DNA from: Tubiluchus corallicola
Lineage: Eukaryota; Animalia; Priapulida
Assembly: GCA_030141605.1 (NCBI GenBank)
Contig: JAQGDQ010001863.1
Location: 1-23,147 of the forward strand
Direction: 5' to 3'
DNA length: 23,147 nt
The number at the start of each line of letters is the position of its first letter. The first letter of the stretch is position 1. The notes below the pieces were generated by a model. The model was not told the DNA's origin. It worked only from the letters and a program-made list of their open reading frames with translations, and made no database searches. The position numbers and the translations under genes are program-made. This document shows positions 1 to 10,915 of this stretch, one piece after another.

Positions 1-382
1 TTACAAGCTTTCATATAAGCCTATTCACTTTAGTTCAGAGAAACGTGACATTTCTAATGGCATGAACCGTGTTAATGTGCTGCCTAGTTCGACATTTTTC
101 CGTAAAAATATCGCGTCAGTTGCGTGTAATGCACACTAGAGGCGCTCTCAGCGACTCCCAATGGATGTTGAAATTCATTAACTTTCGCACGCGAAAAACT
201 GCAGCATGAAAATAGCAGTTGAGTTACATTATACAGGATGAGATACTCAGTTGAGTATGATCAAGAGGCTGGAACATTAAAACAGTCTAACAGAAACTCT
301 GTTGACAAGTCTCGTTTTTATCATTTATCATTTACTTGTTCATTTACTTGTTTTTTAGGTTTGCTGGTTACTCGCTTGCGAC

Positions 383-1128
383 GTAACCTATGAAGTGGTC
401 TCTTTCGCCATGGCGTTCTCTCTGGTATAATACGTTTTGGCGAATACAAGCGAAAGTATAGCCGCGCATAACATCTAACTTGAACCACTTCTAATGGTAC
501 ACACTAATACTCAGGTTTCCTTGTTGTTTATTAAATAAACGGCCAAAATTTTTCAGTCTAACATCTATAAAGCATTTTACATAACCTTCAAAGATAGAGG
601 ACACCGCTCCAGCTGTTAACTAGGTTGGAACTACAACGCATGCGCCCGATTATACAATATGGTAAAGATATTCTTTATTTTGCACATTTTGCTGAAACTA
701 CCAACAACACAGTCAGTGAGACTGGCTTACGAAGTAACCTATGAAGAGGTCTCTTTCGCCGTGGCGTTATCTCTGATATAATATGTTTTTTTACGAATAC
801 GAGCGAAAGTATAGTCACGCATGACATCTAACTTGAACCACTTCTAATGGTACACACTAATACTCGGGTTTCTTTGTTGTTTATTAAATAAACGCCATAA
901 TTTTTCAGTCTAACATCTAGAAATGATTTTATATAACCTTCTCACACACAGAGTCAAAGGTAGAAGGCACCTGTCCATCTGTTAACTAGGTTGGAACTAC
1001 AGCGCATGCGCCCGATTATACAAGATGGTAATGGTATTCTTTATTTTGCACCTTCTGCTGAAACTACCAACAACACAGTCAGTGAGACTGGCTTACGAAG
1101 TAACCTATAAAGAGGTCTGTTTCGTCGT
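383..1128. repeat. Tandem duplication, ~351-366 bp unit, ~2.1 copies
   Basis: GTAACCTAT(G/A)AAG recurs at 383, 734 and 1100 with collinear sequence; copy 2 carries a ~14-bp insertion (ctcacacacagagt near 941). Confidence 0.92.
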
Positions 1129-1405
1129 GATGTTCTGGTTGTTTTCGTATAGGTAATATGATTTTGGTTACTCGCTTGAAACACGCAAGCGGACTGGTCA
1201 TTTCTGTGTTTGTAGCGCAAAAGTTACAATTTCGCATATTAACGACTTTCACATTTGAGTCGTCGTACGTCGTAAACAAACCCATCAGCAAACTACAAGA
1301 CAGATGCCAATTCGTGAATTTAAGAAACGCAATAAAAGCATTAAGTAAGTTACTAAGCGGTTACTAAGTTATGCGCTGAAAGCCATGTACGATTGTTAAG
1401 ATAAA

Positions 1406-1585
1406 ATGAGATGAGATGAGATGAGATGAGATGAGATGAGATGAGATGAGATGAGATGAGATGAGATGAGATGAGATGAGATGAGATGAGATGAGATGAG
1501 ATGAGATGAGACGAGACGAGACGAGACGAGGCGAGGCGAGGCGAGGCGAGGCGAGGCGAGACGAGACGAGACGAGACGAGAGGAG
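1406..1585. repeat. Compound pentanucleotide microsatellite (ATGAG)21(ACGAG)4(GCGAG)6(ACGAG)4
   Basis: Read directly from sequence. Confidence 0.98.
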
Positions 1586-2005
1586 ATAATATTTATTTTC
1601 ATCGGTATGATATAAACAGTACATATTTGTAAAACATGAGCTTAAAGCTCGTAAACCGATATCAAACATTATGTATATGAGCGATAACATGGTAATAATA
1701 TGTACTACTTAAAATCTTTTGGATGCCACCAGAGGTATTGGTACAAGAAAAATTAAAACTACATGAAGACAGTAAAAATTCAGACAGTTAAGAATTGAGA
1801 CAGTAAAAATTTTAGGCAGTAACATTTTCTATAATTTACACAAAAAGCTATCTAGGTCAATAAAAAATTTTCCTGCCAACATTTCAGCATTTAATTACGA
1901 CTTAACAAAATTTGGAAGTTCGCTGAATTTACAAATGGCACATTCACATGATACAGCAGTCCATGAGTTATTCTATATTATACACCTAGAATGATTATTC
2001 CATAC

Positions 2006-2136
2006 CTGTGCTCACGAAATCTAGCGTTTCTAGATCTTCCAGTAGCTCCATGATGTACTTCTGATGTGGATCGTAAAGACGTGTCCTTGTTATGCCAAGA
2101 TAAAACTTTTCACAACTCCGTAATCCTTGTTCTGAA
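2006..2136 (-). CDS. FAM20C: Internal coding exon of a Fam20C/Fam20A-like secretory pathway (Golgi casein) kinase
   Basis: Acceptor tgcttcag| and donor CAG|gtatgg bound a 131-nt exon (phase 2 to 1) encoding SEQGLRSCEKFYLGITRTRLYDPHQKYIMELLEDLETLDFVST, which resembles the recalled Fam20C segment WLKFHIGINRYELY...IEALLHDLSSQRITSV preceding the GGTQLKL motif. Not in the ORF track. Confidence 0.8.
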
Positions 2137-2705
2137 CTGAAGCATTTACAATAAATTAGCACTCAATCAGCTTAATTATTACTAGCAAAAGCCGCGCAAA
2201 AAATTTTGCACATAAATACACTTATAATCAATAATACGCGAACAACCTACACAGTCCTCATTTACAATGCAAAACCAACAGCAGCTTTTACTGAATTAAA
2301 GTTATAGACAGAGTATAATGGATGACGTCAGAACACTGGCTTTGCGTCAGCAGTTTTCCAAGTGAAAATTGTCGAAAATAGAACATCTAATTAACTCGCC
2401 GGTACTCCTTTTGGTGGAGGTGTCCTAAAATATAGCCCACACCATCCTGTAGCCCTATTCTTCCTCTTTCTAAAGAGCTATATATCTCCTTCCGAGAGTC
2501 CAATCAGGCGCCGCTAGAATAGTTTTTTCCCTATGCTGTTTGGTCAAAAAACGTCCCAAAAACGTGTGAAGCCAAACAAGTGATGTAATTACAATCAACG
2601 TCAACGCTATCATATTTTTGCAGCAGTTTCTAACATTTTCAAATATTGCATAAAGTACAAATGTATGAATATCTGCTAAACGTTTGACAGTTTGGTCTTC
2701 GTTTT

Positions 2706-3122
2706 TCACGATTTTTCTCTCTCTCCCCCCTCAGTCTATTAATAGAATATCAAACTTCGTTGGTCTAAAAATAGAAATGATGTAATCAGTACCAACTACC
2801 TCGCCGCCATTCTCCTGGTTTGTTAGCACTTTAGGCTAGTAAGTTGCCTAACTCTATAATTTATAAAATCTAAAAGTTCACGATTTTTTCTCCCCCCCCC
2901 TCCTCAGTCTATTAATAGAATATCAAATGTCGCCGGTCTAAAAATAGCAATGACGTAATCAGTACCAACTACCTCGCTGCCATTCTCCTGGTTTGTTAGT
3001 ACTTTAGACTAGTAAGTTGCCTAACTCTATGATTTATAAAATCTAAAAGTTCACGATTCCCCCCCCCCTCCGTTAATAGAATATCAAACGTCGCCAGTCT
3101 AAAAATAGGAATGATGTAATCA
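2706..3122. repeat. Tandem repeat, ~172 bp unit, ~2.4 copies
   Basis: TTCACGATT...poly-C...TTAATAGAATATCAAA recurs near 2706, 2877 and 3050. Confidence 0.92.
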
Positions 3123-3343
3123 CAAGCAATCGGCAAAGGTTTCACATTCTCTAAGTTTTAATACTGACAATAACATAGCAGGCATACAAACAATCAGACA
3201 AAATCAAATAACCACGTGTACAGATAATTGTAAACTTACAATTAGTGTTAATTTGTACTTATTTTCTGTTTTCCTGATTGTTTAGCTTGAAAATGCCACA
3301 GATACCACTGCCGAAACCTTACAGTAAAATGTTCTATAGTACA

Positions 3344-3856
3344 TTATATTATTATATTATAATATGTTATGTTATGTTATGTTATGTTATGTTATGTTAT
3401 GTTATGTTATGTTATGTTATGTTATGCTATGCTATGCTATGCTATGCTATGCTATGCTATGCTATGCTATGCTATGCTATGTTATGTTATGTTATGTTAT
3501 GTTATGTTATGTTATGTTATGTTATGTTATGTTATGCTATGCTATGCTATGCTATGCTATGCTATGCTATGCTATGCTATGTTATGTTATGTTATGTTAT
3601 GTTATGTTATGTTATGTTATGTTATGTTATGTTATGTTATGTTATGTTATGTTATGTTATGTTATATTATATTATGTTATGTTATGTTATATTATATTAT
3701 ACTGTGTTATATTATAATTTTACGTTACGTTGCGTTACGTTACATTACGTTACATTACATTACATTACATTACATTACATTACATTACATTACATTACAT
3801 TACATTACATTACATTACATTACATTACATTATATTATATTATATTATATTATATT
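3344..3856. repeat. Compound pentanucleotide microsatellite (TATTA/TGTTA/TGCTA/CGTTA/CATTA)n
   Basis: Read directly; explains the MLCYV/MLCYA pseudo-ORFs; intronic to the Fam20-like gene. Confidence 0.98.
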
Positions 3857-3877
3857 AGCAAGTTTATCTTATAATAC

Positions 3878-4266
3878 CTGTACATCTCCTGTCTTGAATC
3901 TTTCAATAAATATTCACCGGGCGTGTCTCTTGCTCTGGCCACGTGAACGTCTTTTAGGGTTTCAAGTTCGCTTTTATTTCCTACGATTTCTTTCTTTCCT
4001 TTTACCATAATAACTAGTAAATCATCGTCATCGTCACTGTCACTATGTGCAACAATCCCACTTGTATTCGTTTCACTCACGTCGTTCAAATTACCTGTCG
4101 GGCGAAAGTTTTGCTGACGAAAAACCGACTTAACAAATCTTGATTCCTCCTTGTTGGCATCATTATGAAAGATTTTCAACTTTAACGTCATAACAAGAAA
4201 GCAAACTTCAACAAGTGCAGTCAGCGCAAAACAAGTGAACAACTGATTGCCCGTAAAGAGCACCAT
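3878..4266 (-). CDS. FAM20C: First coding exon of the Fam20C-like kinase (signal-anchor plus acidic stem)
   Basis: ATG at 4266 in strong Kozak context (acaATGg) with an upstream in-frame stop; hydrophobic segment LFTCFALTALVEVCFLVMTL then hydrophilic stem (SDSDDDDD); ends at donor TACAG|gtatta in phase 2, matching the phase-2 start of the 2136-2006 exon (…QEMYS-SEQGL…). Confidence 0.72.
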
Positions 4267-4720
4267 TGTTGCGCCCCCTGGACGTCTCCGCGTCAACTAC
4301 ATCGTCCTAGTTGTTTCTGATGTCAATTACAGGTGCGTTCGCTACATGATTTTCCCATTCATGACACGAGAAGGCTTCTAGACGTCTAGTCATTAATTCT
4401 CAGTGTGGAGAGGACTTTATTCTGTCAGCCTCTCATTTATAACAGTCAGCCGCACGTTAGCAAAGCACACGGTGAATCCTCATAGAGTAACAGCAGGAGT
4501 TCATGCAGACATCTGCTTCAGCAACAGCAGCGGAAACAAAGACGATATTATGAAGCTCATCCATTTATCATGTTGCTAATAAAAAAGACGTAAAAATGAT
4601 CATTGATAACATGACACGAATACAATAGCAGCAGGAGCATATTAACCAATGGGATAATTAGGCTATAATTTCGTATTCTCTTCGGAAAATATGTGTAGAG
4701 GGCGCATTTTATAACACACG

Positions 4721-4817
4721 ACAAGCAGTTACTGAGCTCAGCTTTTATATAAGTGCCACATAATGAACAGGTGCAAGGTATTACACAACAAGCAGTTACT
4801 GAGCTCAGCTTTTATAT
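4721..4817. repeat. Short direct duplication (~30 bp, ACAAGCAGTTACTGAGCTCAGCTTTTATAT)
   Basis: Two near-identical copies, each with palindrome CTGAGCTCAG. Confidence 0.85.
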
Positions 4818-4819
4818 TA

Positions 4820-5105
4820 CGGGCGGCCGCGTCGTAAGGCTATCTACCGGGTCGAACACCGGAACAATATTCATCATAATAAGTCTTTTTTCTTTAATTC
4901 TTTTTATACGTGTGTGGAACCGGAGCACGTGAGGGTAGTACTGTTTGCTTCACAGCCCAAGCAATGTGTAGTCCGGCTGTTGTGCGCATGCGGCCATGCG
5001 CACATGTCTGAGATAAGACTCTGTACTTTAGGTAGAAAGAGTACTGTCGCTCACTGCAGTACGTGTTGTCAGTTGTCACGTGTTTAAAAGCCGTGTACCA
5101 GCGTG
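4820..5105. promoter_or_regulatory. Candidate promoter: CpG-enriched patch with NRF1-type palindrome and E-boxes
   Basis: TGTGCGCATG-cggc-CATGCGCACA (4981-5004), CACGTG near 4926 and 5077, GCGGCCGC near 4823; ~0.7 kb upstream of the Fam20-like ATG. Confidence 0.45.
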
Positions 5106-5413
5106 AACTGCAACAATTTGGGCTATTCTTTAGAAAACAATATTTTTGTTTAAGAGTTTATCAAGTTTATGTATGAATTCGTTTTGTTTGTTTAAAATTA
5201 CAATACAACATTAAAATTACATATGTTTGTTTCGTTTTACACAGTATTAAAACAATGGCTAAATATTTTTAATTTTGCAGTCCCCCCACTAATTTTAGCT
5301 ACGAACCGCCACTGGTAATAATATTATTAGCTAATCACTTATGACACGAGATTAGCGTTTAGCTAAACTAAATGATAGTTTTTATTTCAATTTCAGAATT
5401 TTTGCCACAGCAC

Positions 5414-5632
5414 CAAGGCTTATTTCAGGGGGGTGAAGTGGGGATACTTCCCCGGGGCCTCACCCTCCAGGGGGGCCTCGTGCCTAGGTAACATTTTTTT
5501 TGCTTTATGCGAACATACTGCCTCCTCGCTATTTTCTCTTCGAAAATGCTTCTCCGGCGTTCTAGCAGTTCAAAATGTTTCTAGGCGCCAACCGCTTTGC
5601 GCCAAAGGGGGTCTCACACGCCCCACTTCCCC
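5414..5632 (+). mobile_element. hAT-type MITE, 3'-truncated copy
   Basis: Begins caaggcttatttcag (variant of TIR CAGGGCCTATTTCAG); body collinear with 16503-16718; right TIR absent. Confidence 0.8.
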
Positions 5633-5733
5633 ATTCCTTGCCTTCCCTATTTTCATGCCTTTCCATTAAACAATACCAGGATTTTACAGTAGGTTATATA
5701 ACCACTTTTTTGTCTTGCTTTGGTTTCTGCCAG

Positions 5734-5896
5734 AGTTTCAATACCTTTCATGGAAACCTCAATTTACATTCCATGTAAACAAACCCCTCATACGGCGGGA
5801 ACTAAGACATACAGCCTACGCAAATATCATCACGTCCATCTTTAGAAAATTTCCAATTACCTGCCAAGTGATGTTGCTGATCGTACAAACAGAAAG
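5734..5896 (+). other. Candidate exon of an unidentified plus-strand transcript
   Basis: Long pyrimidine tract + cag| acceptor and AAG|gtaagt donor; one frame open (FQYLSWKPQF…LIVQTE); no homology recognised. Confidence 0.3.
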
Positions 5897-5945
5897 GTAA
5901 GTTTATTCAGTAGATTGTACTTCACTACATGATAGTCTAACTTGT

Positions 5946-7260
5946 TATACATGTATATGGATTTGCAACGAGATGGTTCTTGCTCTAAGTCTATGCACCG
6001 AGATTATTATTCGTGTAAGCAGTTCTTAGCTTTTAATATATATATATATATATATATTAATTCTTTATTTGTCATTAAAATGGTTCACTCATTATAATAA
6101 AATTGATTAAGCCTCAGCGTAATGTTAAAATAACAACACTGTTCAAGACAAATGCGTCCAGTGCAGAGTAAAAAAAAACTAAAGTGCAAAACTAAGGTTT
6201 AATTATATACAATAAATGAACATATTTACAAACACCATATTAAAATATTTTTATAAAACAATATTACAAACGTACATTAAACATTTGACATGACACAATT
6301 AACAGAAACATGCTTTACATTAGATAACTTTCACTCATTACATTTATACTATTTATACATTTGACATTACAAAACTACCATAACACGTATTACATTACAT
6401 TACATTACTTCGCTACACATGTACACAAAAATGGTAAACATAATCAATAGTAGTAAACAAAAGTCAAAGTAAATCTATCAGCCAATATATCATGGCATCT
6501 GAGTCAAAATATTGTTATAACCACACAAATTTTTGCCCATTGTTTTCCTTCTAATCTTACTACCAAGTGTAAAAAACTACTACATTCACAGAGAAGCTAA
6601 GTAACCCAGTGATATACAATGCAGTAACAAATACATAGATATACTGAAAACTTCAGAGAGTGCAAACAGATGTCAGCTCTGACTTAGTGGTAATGAAAAG
6701 TTAAAATTTAAAACTACAAATCAAAATTAATAATAAACTGTTAATTAAATTCGACAACAGGTGTCATCTGTTAACGTTTGAACCAAGGGAAACTATTTGA
6801 ACCTTTAATGTTGGAAATTCGAATTGCTATACATGTATATGGATCTGCAACGGGATGGTTTTTGCTCTAAGTCTATGCACCGACACTATTATTGAAAGCA
6901 GTTCTTAGCTTTAATATATACCTTGGTATATTAAAATGGTTCACTCATTATAATAAAATTGAGTAAGCCTCAGCGTAATGTTAAAATAACAACACTGTTC
7001 AAGACAAATGCGTCCAGTGCATTCTAAAAAAAACTAAAGTGCAAAACTAACGCCTAATTATATACAAGAAATGAACATACAATTAACAGAAACATGCTTT
7101 TCATTACATAAATTTCACTCATTACATTTACACTATTTATACATTTGACATGACACAATTAACAGAAACATGCTTTACATTACATAAATTTCACTCATTA
7201 CATTTACACTATTTATACATTTGACATTACAAAACTAACATAACACGTATTACATTACAT
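5946..7260. repeat. Local direct duplication: 5946-6400 and 6828-7260
   Basis: Both begin TATACATGTATATGGA and end CATAACACGTATTACATTACAT; differ by a (TA)n expansion in copy 1 and an internal sub-duplication in copy 2. Confidence 0.92.
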
Positions 7261-7317
7261 AATTTGTTTAAAAATTTCATTTTTAATCGTTTTATGGAGT
7301 CAGTTAAAGACAGTTAA

Positions 7318-8144
7318 AGCAAAAGAAAACCCTCCACTTACATAAAGTTCAAAAAATTCGTCTTGAAATTTGATGCTACTTACATACTATCTTTTTGTAT
7401 GCAGGGCTTGCATCGGCCGCAACGCTGTATAAAACGTGTAAATTTAAACTTTCGCGACGACCGTTACCCATTTTGATCGTAGGTCGTTTGAAACAAGTTT
7501 AGTTAACACTGAGTAAAGCTTGAGCATTCGTAGCGCATATGTCACCAACTAATTAAAATTTAAAATTACTGTATCTTGTCAATAAGATTAAGTTTTTGGT
7601 TAATGAATGGCGCACCCTGGAGGGTGAGTCAGCGACATAATAGAATCAAATCTTAATTAATGGCGAGAGCCCAACTAGTGATGACATCACAAATTAACAT
7701 AATTTTCAACAGCAAAATATTCCACGAGCGTGTTGCACGTGTTTGTGAAAGAGAAAATTGAAGTACAGTGCTACTGTAAGATATTCAGTGTGTTGTATTA
7801 AAACTTGGCAAGTTTTAAGATAAAAATTCAAATTTCAAATTTACCTCTGTGCTCACGCTTGAGCTGTCGAACGTGTCTAGTTCATCACAAACTAACACAT
7901 CTGAACTGAGAAGTACAGCACCAATTTATGTGCAATGCGTTTCCGAAATGCAGGCGCTAGTGCCCGTCTAACTAGCGAATGGCGAAATGTATGTAACAGC
8001 GAAGAACTAGTGGCGCGAACGTGAAATTGTGTTTGTGTGGTAATTAATTCTTTCAACTAGCTCATTTTTGAAAAAAACAGTGTCTTTCAATATTTTAGAG
8101 AGTAGATTGTTTTGACCTACAGTTTAATTAGAATAAGTTTTGCT
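7318..8144 (+). mobile_element. Probable non-autonomous TTAA-inserting DNA transposon (Kolobok-like)
   Basis: TTAA|AGCAAAA…TTTTGCT|TTAA termini; first ~320 bp recur at 18258-18606; internal GTGATGACATCAC. TIR is only 7 bp so the right end is tentative. Confidence 0.5.
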
Positions 8145-8427
8145 TTAATGAAATGCAATATGAACACATTTGGAAATGATGGTTGCAAATTAATACCTAA
8201 AATAATTTCTGGTAGCTGAATGCAGCCCATTCATACCGTTGCATGTTTTAGTTTTCCATGAATCGTTTCATTCAAGCTACAGTGACGTCGGCAGCTGCTG
8301 TTGCAGTGAGATAAGCTGGCAGCAGCTTGAGTTAAGCTGAGGATTAATTAGCAATTATATGATGGATTTTGCCAGACTTTAAAGACTCTATTTACGTATA
8401 TATCCATTTTAATTTCTTGTGGTAGCA

Positions 8428-8663
<236 letters not shown>

Positions 8664-8742
8664 ACGAGAAGCATAGCGATATTGTAAAAAATCTTTTATT
8701 TGTCTCACAAAATACCATTTCTAACAGCAATGAATGTTATTA

Positions 8743-9109
8743 ATATATATATATATGATGTACTCATTGTCTTTGTACAATCTAGGTGTTGTTTTATGTA
8801 AATTACCTTTTTATCTTCAATCTTTTTACTTTCTTACGCTCATAAATTACATAATTTAAAATGTCAATATATATATATATATATATTTATTTATTTATTT
8901 ATTTATTTATTTATCTATTTATTTATTTATTTATATATATATTTATATATTTATATTTATTTATTTATATATATATATTTACATTTTATATATATATTTA
9001 TATGATGTACGCATTGTCTTTGTACAATTTAGGTGTTGTTGTATGTAAATTACCTTTTTATCTTTTTACTTTCTTACACTCATAAATTACATAACTTAAA
9101 ATGTCAATA
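8743..9109. repeat. ~110-bp direct duplication (8754-8869, 9001-9109) separated by (TA)n/(TATT)n
   Basis: TATGATGTAC…AAATGTCAATA occurs twice around an AT microsatellite. Confidence 0.9.
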
Positions 9110-9683
9110 GTAATTACATACCATCGATTTTTAAACTTCAGTAACATAGTTTATTCTAAATACAATAACATACCCATTGCAATTCTATGATTTATCCTTA
9201 GCAATGCAATTAACATTCCTATGAGATTAATCAGAACGTATCACCTGCACGTCACAATAATTAACCATGAATCACGTTTGTCATATCCCTTCTACGTAGG
9301 TGTACATCATTTAACATTCACAACACACAAAATTTTGCAGCTTCACATTCTGAAGCCATTTCGAGTCCATTATATCTCTCTCTATCCCGCGAACAGATAC
9401 AAGTTCGTTTAGATAATAAAACCTCTGCGCTCCTCGCTGAAGCCAGTTAAATAATAGCTGCTGCTGCTGTTTGTCCTATTCCCATTAGAATTCTAAAGAC
9501 TGATGCACGTGACGTGCGCGCAGATTCAAACCTGTGTTTAAGCAAAACTACGGATACGTGCAATGATAACGGTGACAGCCGCGGCTCTCGTAGCTAAAGA
9601 TACTGGGGGTGCTGCTTCAGAAAATGTTCTGCCATTGTTTTAATACTGTATGAATCGAAACAAACGTGTGTAATTTTAATGCT

Positions 9684-10444
9684 GTTGTGGGCATCCTCCT
9701 GTCTCGGAAGACAATGGAATGTGCACTGTACATATTGTAGAGTGTTGTTGGCATCCTTCTGTCTCGGAAGACAATGGAGTGTGCACTGTACATATTGTAG
9801 AGTGTTGTTGGCATCCTTCTGTCTCGGAAGACAATGGAGTGTGCACTGTACATATTGTAGAGTGTTGCTGGCATCCTTCTGTCTCGGAAGACAATGGAGT
9901 GTGCACTGTACATATTGTAGAGTGTTGTTGGCATCCTTCTGTCTCGGAAGACAATGGAGTGTGCACTGTACATATTGTAGAGTGTTGTTGGCATCCTTCT
10001 GTCTCGGAAGACAATGGAGTGTGCACTGTACATATTGTAGAGTGTTGTTGGCATCCTTCTGTCTCGGAAGACAATGGAGTGTGCACTGTACATATTGTAG
10101 AGTGTTGTTGGCATCCTACTGTCTCGGAAGACAATGGAGTGTGCACTGTACATATTGTAGAGTGTTGTTGGCATCCTTCTGTCTCGGAAGACAATGGAGT
10201 GTGCACTGTACATATTGTAGAGTGTTGTTGGCATCCTACTGTCTCGGAAGACAATGGAGTGTGCACTGTACATATTGTAGAGTGTTGTTGGCATCCTTCT
10301 GTCTCGGAAGACAATGGAGTGTGCACTGTACATATTGTAGAGTGTTGTTGGCATCCTTCTGTCTCGGAAGACAATGGAGTGTGCACTGTACATATTGTAG
10401 AGTGTTGTTGGCATCCTTCTGTCTCGGAAGACAACGGAGTGTGT
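9684..10444 (-). repeat. 60-bp tandem array, 13 copies of the retroposon 3'-terminal motif
   Basis: GTCTCGGAAG recurs every 60 bp from 9701 to 10421; minus-strand unit CACACTCCATTGTCTTCCGAGACAGAAGGATGCCAACAAC + ACTCTACAATATGTACAGTG; near-identical copies except the outermost. Confidence 0.97.
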
Positions 10445-10915
10445 GCCAAGAGAGTCAGTTATTGATCACATTGATGAAGCTGCAGCGTGGCTGAGCAGTG
10501 CGATCCTTGAACGTCTCCAGGGCACACGCCTGGGCAAGGTGTATGGAGATCCTGAGTTGCCCAGAGACAAAAGGAACCCGTCTCTTCCTCCCTGGTGTAG
10601 TCCAAAGGAAAGCGGAGCGAAACGTTTGGCGCCAGATTGGCTGCAGGAGCTGCCGGAGTCAGTGAGCATGTTGCGCTGGTCCGCCTTCCGGGCTCCACTC
10701 CTGATTTGGAAGGTTTACTCTTCTACGCATGGCCGTTAAGTCACTTGACCTCCTCCGCGCTCTGGCCGTTGGCTGCTTGTACAGCTCCTCTGCCTAGTGT
10801 CGAGATACAGTGTGGGCATCCCGCAGGCCTACAGCACCTGGTATTCCTAGGCGGTCACCCATCCAAGTACTAACCAGGCTCTAAGTACTTAACTTCGGTG
10901 ATCAGACGAGAATCC
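10405..10915 (-). mobile_element. 5S rRNA-headed SINE (SINE3-like) with bipartite RTE-LINE-derived body and tail
   Basis: 5S-like head 10827-10915; middle (…GAGTAAACC…GGCAGCTCCTGC…TGGCGCCAAAC…TTCCTTTGGA…GGGCAAC…CTCCATA…TGCCCAGGC) resembles recalled RTE 5'UTRs; 3' part encodes SRIALLSH (cf. RTE ORF C-terminus SRIGLxSH) then TTGTCTTCCGAGACAGAAGGATGCCAACAAC, typical of RTE 3' ends. Confidence 0.72.
10827..10915 (-). pseudogene. 5'-truncated 5S rRNA-derived sequence (approx. last 90 nt)
   Basis: Minus strand TTCTCGTCTGATCACCGAAGTTAAGTACTTAGAGCCTGGTTAGTACTTGGATGGGTGACCGCCTAGGAATACCAGGTGCTGTAGGC matches animal 5S rRNA incl. box A/box C region; first ~30 nt missing; no oligo-T terminator after its 3' end. 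Confidence 0.92.

Noticed and set aside
3278-4010. MLCYV-repeat ORFs
   Set aside because: Translations of a pentanucleotide microsatellite, open in all three frames.
5295-5314. Solo transposon-like end (…CGAACCGCCACTG)
   Set aside because: No matching left TIR or TSD found in the window.
7845-7905. Minus-strand mini-exon resembling the ends of the Fam20-like exon (cagttcaga…cgtgagcacag)
   Set aside because: Similarity is short and it lies inside the probable TTAA transposon; likely chance.
9617-10494. CRISPR-like array or 250-270 aa repeat proteins
   Set aside because: Units are head-to-tail near-identical with no unique spacers; four frames are open only because the 60-bp unit lacks stops; the unit matches the adjacent retroposon tail.
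10827-10915. Functional 5S rRNA gene
   Set aside because: First ~30 nt absent, substitutions after box A, no oligo-T terminator.
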